Assembly (NCBI RefSeq): GCF_042665525.1 | Contig: NZ_JBHTCQ010000003.1 | Coordinates: 158,508 to 182,507 of the forward strand | Length of the DNA stretch: 24,000 bases | Reading direction: 5' to 3' | Source: Georgenia alba | GTDB lineage: Bacteria; Actinomycetota; Actinomycetes; Actinomycetales; Actinomycetaceae | Shown here: positions 17,442 to 24,000 of the stretch, one piece after another | Layout of the letters: every line of letters begins with the position of its first letter | How positions within the stretch are numbered: position 1 is the stretch's first letter | Made by a program: the position numbers and the translations under genes | Notes under the pieces: generated by a model | Database searches by the model: none | What the model saw: only the letters and a program-made list of their open reading frames with translations | Told to the model about the DNA's origin: nothing

Positions 17442-19148
17442 TCAGCCGGGCAGCGCCGGGTCGGCGAGCCGGCTGAACGCGGTGGGACGCCAGGCCGCGC
17501 CGTTGCGCTCGTAGAGCCGTCCGTCCTGGGTGGTCAGGACCAGGGAGCGGTCGCCGCGGCCTGCGGTGAGCTTGACGGCGCCGGGGACCGGCTCGAGCGT
17601 CGTCGTCGGGCCGCCGATCGGCAACAGGTGGACGGTCGGCTCCGGGGCGTCCGGCGAGGTTCCCAGGACCGCCAGCATGCTCTCCTCCACCCAGGCGATG
17701 TCGGTCGCGCCGGTCATCGTCTCGCCGACGCTCAGGGGCTCACCCAGACGGACGGGCATCATGTCGCCCTGCCGGACGATCGCCGCGACGTCGAGCATGA
17801 CGCTTCCCTCGGACTCCCAGACGACCGCGATGCGGGCACCGTCCCGCGAGACACGGACGGCTCGTACCGTCCCGTCGGCCAGCCAGGGCGCGTCCACCGA
17901 GACGGCCTCGCCGTTGCTGCGCACGGCAGTCAGCGTCCCGTCGCTCGCCTCGGGAGTGGTCCACACCCATCCGAGACGGTCCACCGACGGCGGAACCAGC
18001 GCGGGTCCCTCGGTGAGCAGGATGGACTGGTCGCCGGTCGCCGGCACGGTGACCAGCCGGTCGGTGCCGTCGAGCACGACGGCGGTCTGGACCGGGGTCT
18101 CGTACCCGAGCGCGGGGTCGCGCGGGTCGATGCCGGCCAGCAGCTCGCTGCCCGCCCTGGGGCGAGCCCCCTGGACGACCTCGACGAGGGCGTCGTCCCG
18201 GACGGCGGTCAGCGGCGCCGAGGTGTACGGGTAGGAGGTGAGCTCCGGCAGCGGCTGGTTGAGCTCGAACGGGGCGCCGGCGGCCCTGATCTCGACGTCC
18301 TGGACGCCGGGCACCGCGGCGAGCGTCGCCTCGATCTGGGCGTAGAGCATGGCCCGCTGCCGCCCCTCGGCGGCGAGGGCGTCCGCGGAGAGGTCCACGC
18401 TCGCGATCCCGTCGGTGAGCTGGACCGACTCGACGACGAGCCGGGTGCCGACGGGCACCGCCGTCGTGACGCCCGGCTGCAGCCACGGCGAGGGGCCCTC
18501 GAGGAGGGCGCTGACGAGGGAGGTGGCAAGGTTCTCGGAGGGGAACCACCGCGCCTCCGGCACGAGCGCCTGCTGGTCCGGGGACAGGAAGTACAGGCCA
18601 CTCTGGGAGTACAGCGAGTTGAAGTTCGCGGCCGTGATGAGGATGCCGTCGGCGAGCTCGACGATCCGCCACTCCCCGTCCTGGTTGCGCGCCAGGGTGA
18701 AGTCCGCCTCGACGGTCGAGGTCTCTGCCGCCTCCGTGTACCGGCCCGCGGCGTCCAGGGAGGCCTCTGCCGACATCGAGACGCGGACGCCGCCGTCGTC
18801 GGCACGCTCGATGAGGGGTGCCGGGGCGTCGGCGTAGACGTGCACCTGGGCGAGTGGCTGCCAGGTGTCGAGCGCCGGGCCGGCGAGGAACTGGCGGGCG
18901 ACGAAGAAGTCGTCGTCGATGCCGGCGGAGGACGCGGTGAGGAATCCGTCGACGATCTCCTCGGGGGTGGCGCCGGGCTGCGGACCCGTCGCGAACAGGC
19001 CGATGCCCTGGGGTGCCGGCAGGTCGGGGTCGGACGCCGTCACGGGCCCGGTACGGGGCAGGCTCGTGCACCCCGTCAGCAGCATCAGCACGGCCAGGAG
19101 CGCGGCGAGCACGGCGCGGCGCGGCGGCGGCGTCCTCGTCGTCGTCAT
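17442..19148 (-). CDS. lpqB: Lipoprotein LpqB (MtrAB accessory lipoprotein)
   Basis: I trimmed track ORF 17442..19637 to the ATG at 19148, which overlaps the mtrB stop as ATGA. The signal peptide carries a lipobox: MTTTRTPPPRRAVLAALLAVLMLLTGC. The body, ending ..PALPG, is colinear with mycobacterial LpqB as I recall it. Confidence 0.9.
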   Translation of the reverse strand: MTTTRTPPPRRAVLAALLAVLMLLTGCTSLPRTGPVTASDPDLPAPQGIGLFATGPQPGATPEEIVDGFLTASSAGIDDDFFVARQFLAGPALDTWQPLAQVHVYADAPAPLIERADDGGVRVSMSAEASLDAAGRYTEAAETSTVEADFTLARNQDGEWRIVELADGILITAANFNSLYSQSGLYFLSPDQQALVPEARWFPSENLATSLVSALLEGPSPWLQPGVTTAVPVGTRLVVESVQLTDGIASVDLSADALAAEGRQRAMLYAQIEATLAAVPGVQDVEIRAAGAPFELNQPLPELTSYPYTSAPLTAVRDDALVEVVQGARPRAGSELLAGIDPRDPALGYETPVQTAVVLDGTDRLVTVPATGDQSILLTEGPALVPPSVDRLGWVWTTPEASDGTLTAVRSNGEAVSVDAPWLADGTVRAVRVSRDGARIAVVWESEGSVMLDVAAIVRQGDMMPVRLGEPLSVGETMTGATDIAWVEESMLAVLGTSPDAPEPTVHLLPIGGPTTTLEPVPGAVKLTAGRGDRSLVLTTQDGRLYERNGAAWRPTAFSRLADPALPG

Positions 19149-20914
19149 CCCGCCTCCTCGGCCATGCGGGTGACAGACGCCGGGTCCTGCCGGGAGGCGC
19201 CCTCCTCGGCCGGACCGAGCGGCGCGGTGGCGGTCCCCTCCTGCCGTGGGTCCTGCAGGTCCAGCGGCGGGGTGACGACGGCGGCGCCGGCGCGCCGGGG
19301 CAGGGTGAGGAGGAAGGCGGCGCCGACGTCGCGGCGACCCCATGCCTCGAGGGTGCCGCCGTGCAGCCGGGTGTCCTCCAGCGCGATGGCCAGGCCGAGC
19401 CCGGTGCCGCCGGTCGTCCGCGCACGGGCGGGGTCCGCCCTCCAGAACCGGTCGAAGACGTGCCGGGCCGTCTCGGCGTCCATGCCCACACCGTGGTCGC
19501 GGACCCGGACGGCGACCGCCGTCGCGTTGACGGCCACCGTGATGTCGATGGGCCGCCCGTCCCCGTGCTCGATCGCGTTGGTGAGCAGGTTCCGCACCAC
19601 CCGCTCGACGCGCCGGGGGTCGACGTCGGCCGTGCACGGCTCCTCCGGCGCGTCCACCCGGATCGGGGAGCCCTTGGCCTCGGCGAGGATCTCGGTCATG
19701 TCGATGACACGCTGGACGAGGTCACGCAGGTCCCGCTCCTCGACCTCCAGGACGGCGGCGCCGGCGTCGAAGCGCGAGATCTCGAGCAGGTCGCCGAGCA
19801 TCGACTCGAAACGGTCGAGCTGGGCGTGCAGCAGCTCGGCGGAGCGGCGCACCGTCGGGTCGAAGGAGTCCCTGGCGTCGTGGATCATCTCGCCCGCCAT
19901 GCGGATGGTCGTCAGCGGTGTGCGCAGCTCGTGGGAGACGTCCGAGACGAACCGTTGCTGCACGCGGGAGAGCTCTTCCATCCGCTCGATCTGGCGCTGC
20001 AGGGACGCGGCCATCTCATTGAACGACTGCCCGAGCAGGGCGAGCTCGTCCCGGCCGCGCACGTCCATGCGCTCGTCGAGCTGGCCTTCGGCGAGGCGCT
20101 CGGCCGCCAGGACCGCGTCCGTGACGGGCTGCAGCACCCACCGGGTGATGCCCCAGGTCATGACGCCGAGGAGGACGACGATGGCGACGGCCCCGACCGC
20201 CAGGACGCGGAGCACCAGGGAGATGGTCTCCTCCTCCGGCTCGAGGCTGTAGAAGAGATAGAGCTCGTAGTCGCCGGCCACCGGGAGGGTCACGGGGCTG
20301 CCGACGACGATGCCCGGTGCGTTCCCGCCGGTCTGGGTCGGCAGCGCGACGGGCTGCCAGTGCTGGCCGCCCTCCCCCGCGACCGCACGGCGCAGGTCAG
20401 GGGTGATGAGCTCGCGCAGGCCGACGTCCGTGCCGGGCTCGATGATCGGGACGCCGACGGCGTCGGGCGAGCGCCGCAGCGTCGCACCGACCGCGTCGGA
20501 CCCGGTGGTCGGCAGACCGTAGAGCCAGCTGTTGGCGATCTCCTGGGCCTGCTGGGCGGTGCTCGCCGTCGCCCCCTCGAACGTGGCCCGGGCGTTCTCG
20601 GACTGCAGCGCCGCGTCCTCCAGCATCTGGGTGACGCGCTCGTCGTACAGGCCGCTGCGGATCTGCGAGGAGAGGACACCGCCGATGACACCCAGGGCGA
20701 TGAGGCCGCCGAGCACCGTGCTGGCGACCACGCGGACGGTCAGCGACGAGCGCCACCGGCGCAGCAGCATGAGCATCTTCCGCCGGACCCGACGGCGCAG
20801 GCCCGTGCGCGAGCGCGGGCGGTACGTCGTCGCCGGCCCGGCGGGGTGGGCGACGGCACCCGCCCGCGGTCCGGCGGGTGGTGACCCGCCGACGTCCCCG
20901 GGCAGATCGGTCAC
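19145..20914 (-). CDS. mtrB: Sensor histidine kinase MtrB
   Basis: The protein has two TM segments and a HAMP domain (RLAEGQLDERMDVRGRDELALLGQSFNEMA). The H-box is FVSDVSHELRTPLTTI, the N-box RNLLTNAIEHG, and the G-boxes DHGVGM and GGTGLGLAI. The ATG overlaps the mtrA stop as ATGA. Confidence 0.93.
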   Translation of the reverse strand: MTDLPGDVGGSPPAGPRAGAVAHPAGPATTYRPRSRTGLRRRVRRKMLMLLRRWRSSLTVRVVASTVLGGLIALGVIGGVLSSQIRSGLYDERVTQMLEDAALQSENARATFEGATASTAQQAQEIANSWLYGLPTTGSDAVGATLRRSPDAVGVPIIEPGTDVGLRELITPDLRRAVAGEGGQHWQPVALPTQTGGNAPGIVVGSPVTLPVAGDYELYLFYSLEPEEETISLVLRVLAVGAVAIVVLLGVMTWGITRWVLQPVTDAVLAAERLAEGQLDERMDVRGRDELALLGQSFNEMAASLQRQIERMEELSRVQQRFVSDVSHELRTPLTTIRMAGEMIHDARDSFDPTVRRSAELLHAQLDRFESMLGDLLEISRFDAGAAVLEVEERDLRDLVQRVIDMTEILAEAKGSPIRVDAPEEPCTADVDPRRVERVVRNLLTNAIEHGDGRPIDITVAVNATAVAVRVRDHGVGMDAETARHVFDRFWRADPARARTTGGTGLGLAIALEDTRLHGGTLEAWGRRDVGAAFLLTLPRRAGAAVVTPPLDLQDPRQEGTATAPLGPAEEGASRQDPASVTRMAEEAG

Positions 20915-21603
20915 TCGTGTGGCGCCCCCGCCCGGTATCCGACCCCGCGGACGGTCACGACGACCTCGGGGTGCTCGGGGTCCTTCTCCACCTTGGCGCG
21001 CAGCCGTTGGACGTGGACGTTGACCAGCCGGGTGTCGGCGGCGTGCCGGTAGCCCCAGACCTGCTCGAGCAGCACCTCGCGGGAGAACACCTGCCAGGGC
21101 TTACGGGCCAGCGCGACGATGAGGTCGAACTCCAACGGCGTGAGGGAGATGACCGCGCCGTTGCGGGCGACCTCGTGCCCGGCCACGTCGATCTCCAGGT
21201 CGCCGATGCGCAGCCGCTCCGGCTCCGGGTTGTCCTGCCGGCGCAGGCGCGCACGGACGCGCGCGACCAGCTCCTTCGGCTTGAAGGGCTTCGCGATGTA
21301 GTCGTCGGCACCCGCCTCGAGGCCCGCGACCACGTCGAGGGTGTCCGACTTCGCCGTGAGCATGACGATCGGCACGTCCGACTCGGCGCGGATCTGCTTG
21401 CAGACCTCGATACCGTCGAGGCCCGGCAGCATGAGGTCGAGCAGGACGAGATCGGGCTGCTCCGCGCGGAACCGGTCGGCGGCCTGGGCACCATCGGCGC
21501 AGAAGGCGGTGTCGTACCCCTCGGCCTCGAGCACGATGCCGATCATCTCCGCCAGCGCAGTGTCGTCGTCGATCACGAGCAGCTTGGAACTCATGGTGGA
21601 CAT
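20911..21603 (-). CDS. mtrA: OmpR-family response regulator MtrA
   Basis: MSTMSSKLLVIDDD...DLVLLDLMLPGLDG...LTAKSDT...ADDYIAKPFKPKELVARVRARLRR...TRLVNVHVQRLRAKVEKDPE..TVRGVGY appears nearly identical in pattern to M. tuberculosis MtrA as I recall it. Confidence 0.95.
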   Translation of the reverse strand: MSTMSSKLLVIDDDTALAEMIGIVLEAEGYDTAFCADGAQAADRFRAEQPDLVLLDLMLPGLDGIEVCKQIRAESDVPIVMLTAKSDTLDVVAGLEAGADDYIAKPFKPKELVARVRARLRRQDNPEPERLRIGDLEIDVAGHEVARNGAVISLTPLEFDLIVALARKPWQVFSREVLLEQVWGYRHAADTRLVNVHVQRLRAKVEKDPEHPEVVVTVRGVGYRAGAPHE

Positions 21604-21697
21604 GTTCCCATCCCGGGCGCCTCAGGGTGTGGATCGCCGGGCGGAGCGGGCGGACACCGTGCGACGATGGGGCCCACCGCGACGGGGGAGGTGAGAG

Positions 21698-22978
21698 GTG
21701 AGCGGCCAGTACGGGCAGTACGGCCAGTACGGCCGGTGGGGAGCCGACGGCGGACGGCCGGACGACGGCGCCGGCCAGCAGAACCCCCCGAACCAGTACG
21801 GCCAGCCCAACTCGCCGGAGCAGTACGGCCAGTACGGGCAGTACGGCCAGTACGGACCCTCGGGCGAGCACGGCCAGCACGGCGCCTCCCCCGGCTGGGG
21901 CGCCTCGGGCACGCCGGCATGGGGCTCCGCCGGCCAGCAGCCGACCGGTGCGGCCGCATACGGCCAGTACGGCGACGCCACCGCCCGGCCGCTGCCGCGC
22001 GGCTTCGGCGGGGGTGACCGGCCGGGGATCATCCCGCTGCGCCCGCTGTCGATCGGGGAGATCCTCGACGGCGCCTTCCGGGCGATCCGTGCCAACCCGC
22101 GTGCCACCTTCGGGCTCTCGCTCCTGGTCATGGGCGGCACGTCGGTGATCCAGGCGATCGTCCTCGGGATCGTCACCGGCACCTCGCTGCTCCCCATGGT
22201 GGACCAGGGCGCCGCCGACGTCGGGATGGAGGAGCTCGGCGCCGGGGCGCTGGCCGGCAGTCTCGGCACCATCCTGTCCACGATCGCGATCTTCGCCGCC
22301 TCGATCGTCCTCACCGCACTGCTCATCGTCTCGGTGAGCCAGGCCGTCGTGGCGAAGGTGGCCACCATCCGGCAGATGTGGGACGCCGCCAAGGGCCAGA
22401 TCTGGCGCCTCCTGGGCCTGACGCTCCTCCTCGGGCTGATCTTCATGGCGTCGTTCATCGCCATCCTGGTCGTCGTCGGGGCCCTCGTCGGCCTCGTCGT
22501 CTCCCAGGGCACCCCGGACCCCGGCACGATCCTGACGGTGGTGGGTCTGTCGTTCGTGCTGATCTGTGCGGGCGGCGTCGCCATCGGCTACGTCGTCATC
22601 CGCCTGACGCTCGCGGCCCCCGCGCTCATGCTGGAGCGGATCGGCCCGATCACGGCGATCAAGCGGTCGTGGTCGCTCACGCGGCGGAACTTCTGGCGCC
22701 TGCTCGGCGTCATGCTCCTCACCTACGTCATCGTGGTCATCCTGACCTACGCCATCTTCATCCCGATCACGATGCTGGCCTCGTTCATCGGTACCCCCGG
22801 ACCCGAGATGCTCTCGGTACTGACGGTCGTGCTCGGCGTCCTGATGGTCCTGGTCTCCGCGCTGACCACCCCGTTCGTCGCCGCCGTCATCTCGCTCGCG
22901 TACATCGACCTGCGCATCCGCAAGGAAGGGCTCGACGTCGCGCTCGCGGAGGCGGTGCGCAGCGGAGGATCGAGCTAG
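21698..22978 (+). CDS. Multi-pass membrane protein with a Q/Y/G-rich disordered N-terminus (GDPD-membrane-domain-like / DUF-type)
   Basis: The GTG start at 21698 has GGAGG 8 nt upstream. The first roughly 105 aa are low-complexity QYG repeats. Next comes GIIPLRPLSIGEILDGAFRAIRANPRATF, followed by 5-6 hydrophobic helices. This architecture commonly precedes DUF4129/DUF4350/MoxR clusters in actinobacteria. Confidence 0.75.
   Translation: MSGQYGQYGQYGRWGADGGRPDDGAGQQNPPNQYGQPNSPEQYGQYGQYGQYGPSGEHGQHGASPGWGASGTPAWGSAGQQPTGAAAYGQYGDATARPLPRGFGGGDRPGIIPLRPLSIGEILDGAFRAIRANPRATFGLSLLVMGGTSVIQAIVLGIVTGTSLLPMVDQGAADVGMEELGAGALAGSLGTILSTIAIFAASIVLTALLIVSVSQAVVAKVATIRQMWDAAKGQIWRLLGLTLLLGLIFMASFIAILVVVGALVGLVVSQGTPDPGTILTVVGLSFVLICAGGVAIGYVVIRLTLAAPALMLERIGPITAIKRSWSLTRRNFWRLLGVMLLTYVIVVILTYAIFIPITMLASFIGTPGPEMLSVLTVVLGVLMVLVSALTTPFVAAVISLAYIDLRIRKEGLDVALAEAVRSGGSS
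21704..21975 (+). repeat. In-frame 9-bp tandem repeats CAGTACGGS (Gln-Tyr-Gly) in three blocks
   Basis: Block 1 is 21704-21739 (3 copies plus one degenerate). Block 2 is 21821-21856 (4 perfect-period copies). CAGCACGGC variants lie at about 21866-21883. Block 3 is 21957-21974. Confidence 0.85.
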
Positions 22979-23652
22979 TGCCGGTTCCCGTCGTGCTGGC
23001 CGGGGTCCCGGTCGATCCCGACGCCGCCGAGGCGCAGGAGTGGGCGGAGGAGGAGCTCGCCAAGGCGGTCTACGACGACCAGCCCGGGCTGCTCGAGCGC
23101 ATCATCATGTGGATCCTCGACGTGCTGGACGCGATCGGATCCCTCGGGGTCACCGCCCCGCCGTCCTTCGTGCCGGTGATCGTGGTGGCCGCGTTCGTGC
23201 TCGTGGTGGTGGTTGCGCTGCTGCTCGGCGGGCGGGTCCGCGCCCGGCGTCAGGCGACGGCGCGCACCTCGCACCAGCTCTTCGAGGACACCCGCGACAG
23301 CGCCGCGCTCCGTTCCGCGGCTGACGAGGCCGCTCGGCGCGGCGACTGGGAGACGGCCGTGCTCGAACGGTTCCGGGCAATGGTGCGGCTGCTCGACGAG
23401 CGGGCGGTGCTGGAGGACCGGTCCGGGCTCACGGCCCGGGAGGCCGCCGGGCTTGCCGGCTCGGCGCTGCCCGCGCTCGCCGACGACCTGCGCTGGGCGG
23501 GCCGTCTCTTCGACGACGTCTGCTACGGGCATCTGGCGCCCGGGCCGGCGGAGGACGGCCGGCTGCGCGAGCTGGCCGCCGCCGTCGGGAGGGCCCGGCC
23601 GGCGCGGACGCCGGCCGGGCCTCCCACCGAGCAGTGGGCGGGGGTCCGATGA
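22978..23652 (+). CDS. DUF4129-domain protein
   Basis: I trimmed track ORF 22378..23652 to the GTG at 22978, which overlaps the upstream TAG by 1 nt. The N-terminus is VPVDPDAAEAQEWAEEELAKAVY, followed by one TM helix. The C-terminal segment DWETAVLERFRAMVRLLDERAVLEDRSGLTAREAA...LFDDVCYG is typical of DUF4129. Confidence 0.75.
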   Translation: MPVPVVLAGVPVDPDAAEAQEWAEEELAKAVYDDQPGLLERIIMWILDVLDAIGSLGVTAPPSFVPVIVVAAFVLVVVVALLLGGRVRARRQATARTSHQLFEDTRDSAALRSAADEAARRGDWETAVLERFRAMVRLLDERAVLEDRSGLTAREAAGLAGSALPALADDLRWAGRLFDDVCYGHLAPGPAEDGRLRELAAAVGRARPARTPAGPPTEQWAGVR

Positions 23653-24000
23653 GCGTCGCGGCGTCCGCCCCGCCGGCCGGGCAGGCCGAGCAGCCCGACG
23701 ACGAGGCGCCGTCACCCCGCCGCACGCGGCGCCGTCGCCTCGTGACCGTCGCCGTCGTGGTGGTGTTCGTGGGGCTGGCGACCGTCGCCGCACTGATGGA
23801 GCAGCGCACCTCGGACCGGCCCTTCGCCCCGGACAACCCCGCGCCGGGCGGCGCGATGGCGGTCGCCGAGATCCTCCGCGACCAGGGCGTCGATGTCACC
23901 GAGGCGGGCAGCTGGGCCGAGCTGACGCACGAGGCCGGTCCGAGGACCACGGTGTTCGTGCCGGACGCGCAGCGGCTGCGGCCCGGCCAGTACGACGACC
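23649..24000 (+). CDS. DUF4350-domain protein, 3'-truncated by the window edge
   Basis: This gene is absent from the ORF track because it has no stop in the window. Its ATG at 23649 overlaps the upstream stop as ATGA. My own translation is MSVAASAPPAGQAEQPDDEAPSPRRTRRRRLVTVAVVVVFVGLATVAALMEQRTSDRPFAPDNPAPGGAMAVAEILRDQGVDVTEAGSW... The basic stretch, TM helix and GG..A.AEILR..GV.V pattern are typical of DUF4350. Confidence 0.65.
   Translation, partial: MSVAASAPPAGQAEQPDDEAPSPRRTRRRRLVTVAVVVVFVGLATVAALMEQRTSDRPFAPDNPAPGGAMAVAEILRDQGVDVTEAGSWAELTHEAGPRTTVFVPDAQRLRPGQYDD

Noticed and set aside
16575-20252. 1225-aa + strand ORF, with related shadows at 19013..20884, 16042..17514 and 17740..19491
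   Set aside because: These are antisense or off-frame to comF, lpqB and mtrB, which all have unmistakable family motifs. The translations are Arg/Pro/Gly-rich and low-complexity.
21704-21975. Possible CRISPR array or minisatellite, suggested by the short tandem repeats
   Set aside because: The unit is only 9 bp with no spacers. It is in frame inside a well-supported CDS and encodes QYG. It is a coding low-complexity repeat, not a CRISPR array.

Overview
This window is very G+C-rich, with a strong G/C bias at third codon positions. It looks like core chromosome of an actinobacterium, possibly Micrococcales-like, though that placement is a guess. All family assignments come from motifs I recognise by eye. 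No searches were run.

Gene order:
- + strand: sbcC 3' part.
- - strand: SAF/CpaB-like gene, then a TadZ/Ssd-like P-loop gene, then an acidic protein gene.
- + strand: a divergent Xis-type HTH gene.
- - strand: a 171-aa unknown.
- + strand: a LysM membrane protein gene ATGA-coupled to an Rv3235-family gene.
- - strand: a luciferase-like monooxygenase gene followed by an FMN reductase gene.
- - strand: secA.
- - strand: a tightly coupled DUF72 - UdgX - YcaQ/AlkZ-like trio.
- - strand: the classic actinobacterial block mtrA-mtrB-lpqB-comF-hpf.
- + strand, divergent from mtrA: a multi-pass membrane protein with a QYG-repeat N-terminus, then DUF4129 and DUF4350 genes. This is the start of what is usually a MoxR/DUF58 cluster.

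I saw no rRNA, tRNA, CRISPR array, transposase or integrase. Most of the large ORFs in the track are antisense or off-frame shadows typical of high-GC DNA.

The window is mostly housekeeping. The best candidate for an undescribed functional module is the probably leaderless DUF72-UdgX-YcaQ-like operon. Secondary candidates:
- the orphan SAF/TadZ-like pair, whose Walker A lysine is replaced by arginine
- a structured hpf-DUF72 spacer with an 18-bp perfect direct repeat and mutually exclusive pairings
- a 9-bp tandem repeat encoding QYG
- three GAYCGAAC direct repeats over the LysM gene start codon
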